64,000 nt of DNA, from positions 52,397 to 116,396 of the forward strand of contig JAHQWG010000033.1 in assembly GCA_029856045.1 (NCBI GenBank), in the 5' to 3' direction. Position numbers and translations under genes: made by a program. The notes beneath the pieces were generated by a model. That model saw only the letters and a list, made by a program, of their open reading frames with translations, was not told the origin of the DNA and searched no databases. Origin of the DNA: Promethearchaeia archaeon. Lineage in GTDB: Archaea; Asgardarchaeota; Lokiarchaeia; Sigyniarchaeales; SOKP01. Shown in pieces: positions 19,258 through 29,086 of this stretch (positions within the stretch are counted from its first letter, which is position 1; every line of letters begins with the position of its first letter).

Positions 19258-22200
19258 ATGGCTGAAAAAAATCTCTTCTATAAAGATAAATATTTTATGA
19301 TTAATGGAGAACCGTGTTTTCTTTTTGGTGGAGAAATGCACTATTCTCGAATCCCAAGAGGATTATGGGAAGATCGGTTAAATAAAATGAAACAATGCTT
19401 TCTTAATACATATAGCTCATATTCTTTTTGGAATTATCATGAAAAGGAAAGGGGAAACGTAAATTTAGCAGAATTAGAAGATATTCTAGGTTTAGCTCAT
19501 AATATAGATTTACATGTTATTGTACGCTGCGGTACTTATGCATGTGCAGAATGGGATTGTGGTGGATATCCACATTGGCTTCTAACAAGTAATTTTCAGT
19601 TCAGAGATTTTAATAAACAATATTTAATGTTAGAAAAAGATTGGCATGGTAAATTTTCAAAAGTAGTAATCCCTTATCAGTTTCCACAAGGTCCGGTTAT
19701 TTTATATCAGGTTGAAAATGAGTTTTTCTGGCATGATAGGAAATACCTCCCGTATTTATATAAAATGGCCAGAGATTTAGGAATAACAATTCCAATTTTC
19801 GTTAACGAAAATTTTGAAGTAGAAGATATATGTCCTTTAATAAATGCAATTGATTTGTATCCCGGAGAATGGGACTTTTTTGAACCTTCTTTTTGGATGT
19901 TTAAATATATGCGAAAAAATCATGACAAACCTCGATTCATAGCAGAATTAGAAGGAGGTTGGTTTAGTCGGTATGGAGGACAATTACCAACCCAGAGAGG
20001 AAAATGGGATCCTAATTGGACCGAAGTGCTTACAAAATTTTTTATTGCAACAGGTTTAAACGGAACAATAATGTATATGTTTGATGGGGGCACAAACTTT
20101 AATTATTGGCCTTCTGGTGGTGATGCTAGGTTAACTACTACTTATGATTATGATGCCTGTATAAGAGAGTCTGGAGGATTACATGAGAGATACTATCGAA
20201 TGAGACTAATTGGTGGGTTTATCGACACTTTTGGAAAAATCTTGGTCCAAATGAAACCAAAATTAAATTACTTTAAATTGCTTTTCTTTGGGATAAAGAG
20301 GATTTTTAATAAAAAAAGACCTGTCGCATTCATCAGATCTTTAAATGAATCCCAATTTTCATTCATTTTAAACGATAATCCAAATAAAATTAAGAATAAG
20401 GAAATAAATTTTAAATTAGAAAATATTGAAGAAAAGAAGAAAATTAGTGTCATAATTCCTCCAAAATCTCTTAAAATAATTCCTATTAATATTAAAATTA
20501 GTGAAAAGGTGAAAATAGAATACTGCACGGCTGAAATTTTCCGAATAACAAGTGAGAAAATTGCAGATAAAAATATAATATTTCTCATCTGCTACGATAA
20601 AAAAAACATCAAGAATGAAATATCTATTAAGATTGAAAATGAATCTGACTCGAAAATATTACAACTTGATCACAGCATCCCTATATGCGAAGTATTAAAT
20701 ATTAGTGACAAGAATAAATTATGTGTAATATCAATCAATAAAGATCTTGCTAAAAAAACTCAATTTTTTAATGGAATCCCAATTATCTCAAATATATACT
20801 TTGCTGAACCTCAAATCCTGCAAACTTCTAGAAATGAACTAAATATTGAATTAGATTCCAATAAAATAATTTTATGGATTCCAGAAATTGCTTCTATAAA
20901 TTCTATAAAACTTAAATTACTTGATGGAACTGATAATACCTATGAAATAAATCCCAAATCAATTAAAAATGGATTAAAATATTTTGAAATTAATGATTCT
21001 AATATAAAGGAATTTAACCAATTCGAAAACCCCAAAATTGAATTTAATAAATTGAAATATAAATCAGATAGTGAGCCCCTACTAATAGATTATAATGATA
21101 ACAACTGGAAAAATATGGACCACATAATCTCTTTAGAAGAATCTGGATTTTATAAAAATGGTTTCTATATATACAGAGTAAAGTTTTCTACTCCTGATAT
21201 AATCTCGCAAGAATCTTTTGAAATAATTCTTAATTTAGGGATAAGAGGACATTCTTTAGTGATTTTGAATGGAATTTCTTTTGGATTAGGAAGAGGGGTG
21301 CGTTTATTAAATATTGCAAAGCTTCTTAAAAAAGGAGATAACAAAAATACATTAATAATACTAGTAGAGAATGATGGGCATCGTCATTTCGCTAACGTCT
21401 GGGAGAGAAGTGGGCTTACAAGAACTCCAATTCTTATGTTTGGAAAAGAAAACTCTTTAAAAATTCGTTTTACTAGAACTCGTAAATTAAAGGGGGATAA
21501 AATTCCATTAAAATTAAAAAGAGCTCTATTTTTACCCGCTAACATCATTTCAAAACCTTTAGATAAATTAAAGGCAATGGTAGGCGAAGGAATGACTTTA
21601 AGTGGGATATTTGGTCTTTTTTCTGTCTATTTAAATATAAAAAATGAAGGATACCTATGGTATAAATCTACTTTCTATTATGAAGAAGAAAAAATTGAAG
21701 AATTTAAAAAAACAAATAAACGATTATGGTTAATGATGGATAAGGTGGGACAGAATTGTAAAATATGGCTAAATAATACCGTTATCGATACTCTATATAA
21801 TCGAAAGAATGCAAATGGATTCGATATAACAGATTTGTTAAAACCAGGAAAAAATGTATTACTTGTTGCAATGAATTTAAGAGGAGGCTACACAATACTT
21901 TCAAATGTATATCTAACTGAAGGGTATGAATTAACTGATTTTAAAATTCAATACGGATTTAATGGGCAAATTGGTAAATATTTCTTACCCGAAATTAATA
22001 CTGACGATTGGCAAACGATTGAGGATAAATCCTTTATGTTTGTTCAGAAAGAACCAGTTGGTTGGTTTAAAATACAATTTAAAATTAAAGAAAAGAAATC
22101 TGATATCATATGTCCTTTAAAACTAATAATCCCTAAGGAAATTAAAGGAACTGCCTTAATATTTCTAAATGAAAAACATATCGGACGATATGAAGATATT

Positions 22201-22368
22201 GGCCCTCAATTTGAATATTATTTGCCAGAACCATGGTTAAAATGGAATGGTGAGATTAATGATTTAACAATTTTAGTTGTTTCATTCAAGAAAAATACAG
22301 TCTTACATCCTGACTTTAAAATAAAACCATACTTTACTCATAAAAAAGTTCAATTAAATTTTCTCTAA
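19258..22368 (+). CDS. glycoside hydrolase family 35 beta-galactosidase-like protein with a long C-terminal beta-sandwich region
   Basis: 1036 aa. GGEMHYSRIPRGLWEDRL, CAEWDCGGYPHWL, acid/base YQVENEF, nucleophile context AELEGGWF. No obvious signal peptide. Confidence 0.8.
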   Translation: MAEKNLFYKDKYFMINGEPCFLFGGEMHYSRIPRGLWEDRLNKMKQCFLNTYSSYSFWNYHEKERGNVNLAELEDILGLAHNIDLHVIVRCGTYACAEWDCGGYPHWLLTSNFQFRDFNKQYLMLEKDWHGKFSKVVIPYQFPQGPVILYQVENEFFWHDRKYLPYLYKMARDLGITIPIFVNENFEVEDICPLINAIDLYPGEWDFFEPSFWMFKYMRKNHDKPRFIAELEGGWFSRYGGQLPTQRGKWDPNWTEVLTKFFIATGLNGTIMYMFDGGTNFNYWPSGGDARLTTTYDYDACIRESGGLHERYYRMRLIGGFIDTFGKILVQMKPKLNYFKLLFFGIKRIFNKKRPVAFIRSLNESQFSFILNDNPNKIKNKEINFKLENIEEKKKISVIIPPKSLKIIPINIKISEKVKIEYCTAEIFRITSEKIADKNIIFLICYDKKNIKNEISIKIENESDSKILQLDHSIPICEVLNISDKNKLCVISINKDLAKKTQFFNGIPIISNIYFAEPQILQTSRNELNIELDSNKIILWIPEIASINSIKLKLLDGTDNTYEINPKSIKNGLKYFEINDSNIKEFNQFENPKIEFNKLKYKSDSEPLLIDYNDNNWKNMDHIISLEESGFYKNGFYIYRVKFSTPDIISQESFEIILNLGIRGHSLVILNGISFGLGRGVRLLNIAKLLKKGDNKNTLIILVENDGHRHFANVWERSGLTRTPILMFGKENSLKIRFTRTRKLKGDKIPLKLKRALFLPANIISKPLDKLKAMVGEGMTLSGIFGLFSVYLNIKNEGYLWYKSTFYYEEEKIEEFKKTNKRLWLMMDKVGQNCKIWLNNTVIDTLYNRKNANGFDITDLLKPGKNVLLVAMNLRGGYTILSNVYLTEGYELTDFKIQYGFNGQIGKYFLPEINTDDWQTIEDKSFMFVQKEPVGWFKIQFKIKEKKSDIICPLKLIIPKEIKGTALIFLNEKHIGRYEDIGPQFEYYLPEPWLKWNGEINDLTILVVSFKKNTVLHPDFKIKPYFTHKKVQLNFL

Positions 22369-22372
22369 TTTT

Positions 22373-23410
22373 TCATAATTTAATTTTTAAGTCATAATTA
22401 CAATTAGCACATTTTCCATCTTTAGTTAAATTTTCTTTATCTATATCGAAAATATATCTTTTAATAACGAGTTTTCCACAATTAGGACAATAAGTATTTT
22501 CATACTTATGCCCCGGAACATTTCCAATATAAATATAATCTAATCCAACCTGTTTTCCCATTTCATATGCACTTTCGAGAACTTTCACTGGTGTAGCTTC
22601 TTTTATTCCATATTCGAGTGATTTATAGGCTGGATGGAATCTCGTTATATGCCAGGGGGTTTCATATCCTAAATCTTTATATATTCTTTCAGCAATCTCT
22701 TTAAAGGTGTCATGGTCAGAATTCATCCCTGGAATAACTAATGTTGTAATTTCTATATGCATTCCTAAATCTTTTGCTAACTTTGCATTTCTCCATATTT
22801 TCTCAACATCGGTTTTGCAATATTTCTTAATAAATTCTTGATTTCCTTTAATATCGATATTTAATGCATCTAAACCATTTTCAACAAGAGATTTAAGAAC
22901 CATTTCGGTCATATATCCATTAGTAACATATGTATTATAAAGACCTTCTTTTTTAGCCAATTTAAAGACTTCCAAAGAATACTCAAATAATAACGTTGGT
23001 TCATTAAAGGAAATTGAAGTGCCTTCACTTAATCTTGATTTTGCTAATTTAATTAATTCCTTAGGAGAAATAAAGAGATCTTTTGAATTAAAATTGTCCG
23101 GGCTTTGTTTTGAAATATCCCAATTTTGACACCAAAAACAATCAAAGTTGCAACTATAAGTTCCAATAGTTATTGCAGTGGTTCCCGGATGAAAATGGAA
23201 AAATGGTTTCTTTTCAATTGGGTTATAAGAAAGAGATGATATCTTTCCAAATACAGTGGTATAAATTACACCTTTAATATTTTTTCTTGTTTTACATATT
23301 CCAATATTTCCCTCCGATATTATACAACGATGTTCGCAAGTTAAACATTGGGAAATTTTTTTCCCTATCTCCTTCTGAAATATTCCTTTTTTAATGAATT
23401 CTGAGTTCAT
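22373..23410 (-). CDS. amrS: AmmeMemoRadiSam-system radical SAM enzyme (PflA-like activase fold)
   Basis: 345 aa. N-terminal CLTCEHRCIISEGNIGICKTR, CxxxCxxC as CNFDCFWCQNW, C-terminal ribbon CPNCG..CANC. Confidence 0.85.
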   Translation of the reverse strand: MNSEFIKKGIFQKEIGKKISQCLTCEHRCIISEGNIGICKTRKNIKGVIYTTVFGKISSLSYNPIEKKPFFHFHPGTTAITIGTYSCNFDCFWCQNWDISKQSPDNFNSKDLFISPKELIKLAKSRLSEGTSISFNEPTLLFEYSLEVFKLAKKEGLYNTYVTNGYMTEMVLKSLVENGLDALNIDIKGNQEFIKKYCKTDVEKIWRNAKLAKDLGMHIEITTLVIPGMNSDHDTFKEIAERIYKDLGYETPWHITRFHPAYKSLEYGIKEATPVKVLESAYEMGKQVGLDYIYIGNVPGHKYENTYCPNCGKLVIKRYIFDIDKENLTKDGKCANCNYDLKIKL

Positions 23411-23499
23411 TTTGATGATAATAATTATAAAATTCTTTTTAAAAAAGATTATCCTATTAAATTATTTTTAACGGATTTAATTTATCCAACTAATAAATT

Positions 23500-24330
23500 T
23501 TAGGGAAGAAAAACAAAACCATTCATTTGCATAATAATTAGAGTAATGAAATAAATAAGAAGGAAATTTCCCATTAAAATTCCAACATCTTTTACGCCCT
23601 TTGTGGATCTCGTGGGATGTCTGAATGTATATAATGTACCGATTGGGAAAAGAACAAATGGTAAAAAGTAGACTATAGGATAAACAATGAATGTGCAGAT
23701 TGCCACTATTAATGTGATTATTGATGATACCCAGATTATTTTCTGTTGAGTTTTTAAAGAAAATCTTGTAATACTATCCCCATCTATAACCTCATGAACA
23801 AATTGACCTGTTATTGCGAAAGTAAAAAATGCAAACATTAAAAACCATTCAAATTCGCTCATAAGTGGTTCAGTTAATGGAATACCAATGTGATCTATTT
23901 TTATCATAAAATATGGTAATACGATATGAGAAGCTCCGAGTAAGATGTGATTCAATATTGGAACTGATTTATATTTTACACAGTATAATAAAACCAGTAT
24001 GATTATAACAATAAGAAGGATGCCATTAATCCATTTTTCAATACATGTTCTTATTAGTAGTGTAAGCCCTAAAACAAATGTAACCAAACCTATTGTAAAT
24101 ATTTCCTTCCAATGATACCCCTCAACTCTTTCAATTGTCTCTATTTCATTAGGATCTCTCATATCCACTACATCATTCCAAGTATTACCCGTGATTGCGA
24201 GCATTACAAATCCTACTATAATATCGATATGGTTCCAAATTAGGTATTTATTGATAAAAATTGCGATAAGAAGGGGAACAATGACCGAAAAAGTGTAATC
24301 AAGTCTTAATAAATCAATCCTGCGGGACAT
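23500..24330 (-). CDS. UbiA-family prenyltransferase-like membrane protein
   Basis: 276 aa, about 8 TM helices. Asp-rich NDVVDMRD near the first cytoplasmic loop and a second acidic patch HEVIDGD. Confidence 0.5.
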   Translation of the reverse strand: MSRRIDLLRLDYTFSVIVPLLIAIFINKYLIWNHIDIIVGFVMLAITGNTWNDVVDMRDPNEIETIERVEGYHWKEIFTIGLVTFVLGLTLLIRTCIEKWINGILLIVIIILVLLYCVKYKSVPILNHILLGASHIVLPYFMIKIDHIGIPLTEPLMSEFEWFLMFAFFTFAITGQFVHEVIDGDSITRFSLKTQQKIIWVSSIITLIVAICTFIVYPIVYFLPFVLFPIGTLYTFRHPTRSTKGVKDVGILMGNFLLIYFITLIIMQMNGFVFLP

Positions 24331-24412
24331 TTACATCACTTTTTATATTTAATTAGAAATTAAACTATTATATTATTAGTACTTTATGGTATTCATATAG
24401 AAAACTCTATTC

Positions 24413-25216
24413 CTAAGGAAAAAACATTCTTATTGAACCAATTAATAAAACAATTGCTAAAATTATTGTTAGTTTTTTTCGAGATATTTTTTGAGATATT
24501 TTTGCACCAAAATATGCACCAATTAGACCTCCCGTCCCCATTAGAATTCCGATGATGAAATCAATCTTTCCCAACACTGATTTAACCATTACATTATAAA
24601 TTGAAGTAAAAAAAATAATTCCTGTTGAATTTGCAGTTGCATAATAGATTGGAAATTGAAACATATAGTGTAAAGTTGGTGTATTAACAATTCCTCCTCC
24701 AATTCCCAATAAATTTGCAAGAAATCCTGCCAAAAGAAATAAAGGTATCCCTTTTTTTAAAATCTTTTTATGATTTTTAAACTCTAGGGAAAAATTCTCG
24801 CTTGCATTTGCACTTTCATTTGAATTGTTATTTGCTGGATCTTTTCTGAATATTAAGTTGATTGATACATAAATCATTACGCACGCAAAAATCAACCTCA
24901 ATAGATAATTATCTATTGGAGATATGATAAATAAAATAGTAGAGATTAAACTTCCTATAATAGTGAATATTGAACATATTAAACATAATCTTATGTTTAT
25001 CCTCTTTTGTCTCTTGAGTAAAATAAATCCAAAGCCTGAGGAAATGAGAATAATTAGAGAGCTGGTTCCTACGGCGATATCTTCACTCACCGCAAAAATT
25101 ATAGTCATCAATGGGACTGCTATTACGCCTCCCCCAATCCCTGATAAAACTGCGATTGTGCCTATTAGAATTCCAATTAAAAAGAGTAAGAGAAGAGTAT
25201 ACCAATAATAGTCCAT
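24413..25216 (-). CDS. TauE/SafE (TSUP) family anion exporter
   Basis: 267 aa. Duplicated GIGGG(V/I) motifs (SGIGGGVIAVP, LGIGGGIVNTP) in a polytopic protein. Confidence 0.82.
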   Translation of the reverse strand: MDYYWYTLLLLFLIGILIGTIAVLSGIGGGVIAVPLMTIIFAVSEDIAVGTSSLIILISSGFGFILLKRQKRINIRLCLICSIFTIIGSLISTILFIISPIDNYLLRLIFACVMIYVSINLIFRKDPANNNSNESANASENFSLEFKNHKKILKKGIPLFLLAGFLANLLGIGGGIVNTPTLHYMFQFPIYYATANSTGIIFFTSIYNVMVKSVLGKIDFIIGILMGTGGLIGAYFGAKISQKISRKKLTIILAIVLLIGSIRMFFP

Positions 25217-25270
25217 AACTCGTTAAGTGATTCTTTTCTTTTATGGTTTCTTAATCTTTATAATAAAGCT

Positions 25271-26062
25271 TTAATCATTTTTTTGGAAAAACATAGATAT
25301 GTTCATAACACTTCTTAAAGGACGATATGTAGCATCTATTTTCATCAAAATCGAACTGAATTTAATAAACTTTTTCCAAAAACTTCTAAAAACTAGGTTA
25401 TCGTTATATTTTGTTCGTAATTTAATTAAATTTTTTTCAACTTTATCTGGATTTACTGCTTGAATTTCAGAAATTTTCATCAATTGTCCGTAAATTCCAA
25501 AAGTTCTAATTTCTTTAAAGCCATTAACTTCAAACATATCTTTCAATTCTTTTATTTCATATCTACGATAATGACCAATAATTTTATCTTGTTGAGTATA
25601 ATACTTTTTTCGGTGAGGTACAGTAATTACGACAATTCCTTTGGGTTTTATTACCCTACTAATTTCTTTTATGGCAGCTTTATCATTTTTTATATGTTCA
25701 AGCACATCTAAAGCAATAATTAAATCAAATTGATTTGCTTGATATGGCAGCTGAACCATATCAACGCAAATTGGATGCATTTTATAATCAGGTTTATTTT
25801 GCAATTTTCTATTTATTGTTATATATTGTTTTAAGGGAGTTATAGCTATATCTAAAAATGATTTATGAATAATCATTTCACAAAAATAAAGAAATGAATC
25901 GCCAGAACATCCAATTTCTAAAGCATTAGTAAATTTCCTTTTTGATCCCAAATTTTTAAGAAGTAAATCGAATTTACATCTTATACCTGGAGATAGATAA
26001 TATTCTGATGATGTTCTCAATGAAAAATTTTTGTGACCTTCATAAAATTCTTTATATTTCAT
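25271..26062 (-). CDS. class I SAM-dependent methyltransferase
   Basis: 263 aa. Motif I ALEIGCSGD, FDLIIALDVLEHI, post-II IKPKGIVVITVP. Confidence 0.85.
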   Translation of the reverse strand: MKYKEFYEGHKNFSLRTSSEYYLSPGIRCKFDLLLKNLGSKRKFTNALEIGCSGDSFLYFCEMIIHKSFLDIAITPLKQYITINRKLQNKPDYKMHPICVDMVQLPYQANQFDLIIALDVLEHIKNDKAAIKEISRVIKPKGIVVITVPHRKKYYTQQDKIIGHYRRYEIKELKDMFEVNGFKEIRTFGIYGQLMKISEIQAVNPDKVEKNLIKLRTKYNDNLVFRSFWKKFIKFSSILMKIDATYRPLRSVMNISMFFQKND

Positions 26063-26189
26063 TATTTACCAAAAAAATTTCCTCTCAATTAATATAGAAA
26101 AATGATATATTAATTTTGTTTAAAATTTTTGATTAATACTAATAATTTTTCCAAAAATTCTTTAACTCTGAGTAATTCATTCAGTTATA

Positions 26190-27059
26190 ATGCTAATTGG
26201 GGATGAATTTGCTTTTCTTGCGATTTTTTTTGGTCTCGGTATAGGAATTATCGCGTCAATGGTTGGTCTAGGTGGTGGCATTCTAATTATACCTACTTTT
26301 ATATTTATTTTTGGATTTCCTGTTAAAGATTCTATTGTTATCTCACTATTCTTTATGACTGGGACAGTAATAAGCGCGTCAATTAGGTATATGAAATTTA
26401 AATTGGTTAATTATAGACTAGCGTTATTATATAGTATTTGGGATGTTCCAGGGGTGATAGTCGGCGGCCTTATTACTTTAGTAGTAACTAACAATATTTT
26501 AGCTTGTCTTTGTGGCTTAGTAATAATGATTTTGAGTATTTTGCTCTTTAGAAGAAAGGAAATTGAAGTGAGTACTCAGCATATCTCTAAAAACAATGAA
26601 TCTATAAATGTATTGCCTAAGAATTCAAATGATAGATTAAAATCAACAACTACAATTAAGGGGAAAAAAAATCGTGTGGAAAGTTTTGCTTTTGCCTCTT
26701 TTAGTTCATTTTCTGGCGGATTAATTTCGGGGCTTGTAGGTTTAGGTGGTGGCACTGTTGATACCACTTCAATGATACTTCTCGATTTAGAACCAAAAGA
26801 AGCTGCTGCTACAGGTACATTAGGTAATATAGTGAGTCCATTTTCTGGATTAGTTGTTCATCTCTTATTGGGCTCTTACACAAGTTCATGGTTATGGCCA
26901 ATTTTAGGGACATTAGGAGGAATTGTTGGTGCTCAAATTGGAGTATATTTAACCTCTCGAGTTAAAGGTAATGTAATACGGAAAATACTTGCTTGTTTAG
27001 CGTTTTATACGGGAATATTGATGATCTTTTCATTTTTTGGAATAAGTTGGATCCAATAA
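26190..27059 (+). CDS. TauE/SafE (TSUP) family anion exporter, second copy
   Basis: 289 aa. VGLGGGILIIP and VGLGGGTVDT motifs. Diverged paralog of 24413..25216 on the opposite strand. Confidence 0.82.
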   Translation: MLIGDEFAFLAIFFGLGIGIIASMVGLGGGILIIPTFIFIFGFPVKDSIVISLFFMTGTVISASIRYMKFKLVNYRLALLYSIWDVPGVIVGGLITLVVTNNILACLCGLVIMILSILLFRRKEIEVSTQHISKNNESINVLPKNSNDRLKSTTTIKGKKNRVESFAFASFSSFSGGLISGLVGLGGGTVDTTSMILLDLEPKEAAATGTLGNIVSPFSGLVVHLLLGSYTSSWLWPILGTLGGIVGAQIGVYLTSRVKGNVIRKILACLAFYTGILMIFSFFGISWIQ

Positions 27060-27137
27060 AACTGAATAACAATGATTTAAATTAAATAATCCCGTAATAA
27101 AGAAATATATCAATAAAAAATATGTGAGTTTTAAATT

Positions 27138-27680
27138 ATGAAGTGTCCTCATTGTGATGCGGAAATAGGCGAGGATTTGGATGAATGTCCTTTCTGTTAT
27201 GCTGATTTAACTGCACCTCCAGTTGCACAAGATATCTCTCAGGTAGGTGTATCAACGTTAGATTCATATTCAATTGGTCATGTTGCAATGGGTGTAATGG
27301 CATGGTTGATTATTTCTTTAGGATATTCTATTTATCAATATTATGGTCTTCCCCCACTTTTTGAATTATGGGTTGTTTTTCTTTTAACATTATTATTTGC
27401 CGTTGTTTGGGAATTATTTGAAAATGTTATTCTATTTAAAGCTGGATTAAAATTCGAAAGTCGCAGGGATTCTATACTAAATAGTATTTGGGATATTCTT
27501 TTTGTAGTTTTGGGAGCAGTAATATTCTGGATTTTTTGGTATTTTTATGTAGAAGTAGCTAAAAATGCTGGACGTTGGTATTATTTAATTGGCTTTATAA
27601 CGTTCACACTCTTAGTAATAATCTTTATATTTTCACTCAAATTCATAAAAAAAACTTCTGAAAAGAAGTGGATATCATAA
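27138..27680 (+). CDS. zinc-ribbon membrane protein
   Basis: 180 aa. N-terminal CPHC..x12..CPFC ribbon followed by four TM helices. Confidence 0.5.
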   Translation: MKCPHCDAEIGEDLDECPFCYADLTAPPVAQDISQVGVSTLDSYSIGHVAMGVMAWLIISLGYSIYQYYGLPPLFELWVVFLLTLLFAVVWELFENVILFKAGLKFESRRDSILNSIWDILFVVLGAVIFWIFWYFYVEVAKNAGRWYYLIGFITFTLLVIIFIFSLKFIKKTSEKKWIS

Positions 27681-28538
27681 CATAAATTTAATTAATTCTT
27701 TTTTATTTTAATTTCCAAATTAATGTTATATGAAAAATTAGATATCTATAACCGAAAAAACTAAAAGATTTGCTTTTTTCTCTAGAAATAATTTAAATTT
27801 TCTTCATAAATCATATAAAATTTATTTTCCTCTAAATTATGAAAAATTATAAGGATTAATAATGCGTTAATAAACCAACCCATTTTCTCGAAAAATCGAA
27901 AATTATGAATCAAAATAAAAACAAATTTAAAATTCAAAAAAACTTCGATTTTTGTCTGCAGTAAACTTAAAAAAAAATTTTTATATTTCTTAAGAATTAT
28001 GGATTATTTTCTTTTTTTCTTTAATTTATTTGAATTTATATAAAAATACTCTATTTTAATTCAATTAATTTTGAAATATAATTACTATTTATTCTCTAAT
28101 CATTTCAAACATTCATATTTTTTGGAGAAAAGTTTATATATAGATTGGGATATAGATATAATGTAAGAAATTTTATAAAAAAAAATTGGAATGCATTGGA
28201 AATAATGGATTTTTTGCCATAATTTATTCCTCCGCTAATATTGAATGGTAATTGATCATTAATTTATAATTCCTTTTTCCTCTTGCATTCCAATCCTTTC
28301 TTACTTTCCAGATTTATATTATCGAAATTTTTAATATTATTTAAATATAAAAATTAAAATCCTATTTCAATTTCTTTTAAAATTCTATTTAATTTTTAAA
28401 GAGTTAATTTGGAAATGTAAGACAATTTTAATAATTTCATTGAAAATTTTTAAAGTACAGATAATTTTGCATTATTATAACTTACATTTATTCAAATGAT
28501 TAAAAAAGGAGTCGATAAATATTCGAAAAAGGTTAAAA

Positions 28539-29054
28539 TTGGGTTTAATTCAACTATATTTTGGTAGAGGAAAAGGAAAAACTACTGCTGCGATAGGTCT
28601 CGGCTTACGCGCTTCAGGACATGGATTCAAAGTAAATATGATTCAATTTATGAAAGGAAACACAAAGTACGGAGAATTAAATGCCGTCAAAGGAATTGAA
28701 AATTTTGAAATACACCAGTTTGGAAGAATGGATCTAATAATGGAACCTGAGAAAATTGATATCGAAGAAGGCAAAAAAGCCCTAAAATACGCAGAAGAAA
28801 TTATTATGAGCGATAACTATGATCTCGTGATACTTGATGAAATTGGAGTTGCTCTTGAAATGCATATAATCAAGATTGATGATGTGATGAATTTAATTGA
28901 AAAAAAACCTGAAAAAGTTGAATTAATTTTAACTGGTGGGCAAAAAATCCATCCCAAAATAAAAGAAATAGCAGACCTAATAACTGAAATGAAGATGGTA
29001 AAACATTATTTTTCAACAGATGGAATACAAGCTCGCCTTGGAATTGAATTCTAA
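28539..29054 (+). CDS. cobO: cob(I)yrinic acid a,c-diamide / cob(I)alamin adenosyltransferase (CobO/BtuR family)
   Basis: 171 aa with a TTG start. GRGKGKTTAAIGLGLRASGHG, IQFMKG, YDLVILDE. Confidence 0.88.
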   Translation: MGLIQLYFGRGKGKTTAAIGLGLRASGHGFKVNMIQFMKGNTKYGELNAVKGIENFEIHQFGRMDLIMEPEKIDIEEGKKALKYAEEIIMSDNYDLVILDEIGVALEMHIIKIDDVMNLIEKKPEKVELILTGGQKIHPKIKEIADLITEMKMVKHYFSTDGIQARLGIEF

Positions 29055-29086
29055 CTGGAATATTAAAAGGATTACTAATTAACAAA

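Noticed and set aside
20268-20588. Antisense or embedded ORFs inside long genes (for example 358-546, 1304-1492, 3103-3764, 4738-4995, 10524-10706, 15154-15357, 16167-16421, 20268-20588, 24924-25208, 25460-25711, 26576-26767, 28870-29085, 30568-31082, 32346-32537, 33388-33981, 35923-36177, 36478-36687, 37750-37950, 38259-38483, 39693-39905, 41595-42248, 45554-46296, 46831-47073, 48219-48431, 52058-52614, 54436-54618, 56510-56695)
   Set aside because: Each overlaps a longer ORF that has recognisable family motifs. Their translations are low-complexity (F/I/L/S/N-rich) and lack motifs.
27681-28538. Cobalamin riboswitch upstream of cobO
   Set aside because: The interval is extremely AT-rich, and I could not find anything resembling the conserved G/C-rich B12 box or core helices. 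Riboswitches of this class are also not expected in archaea.
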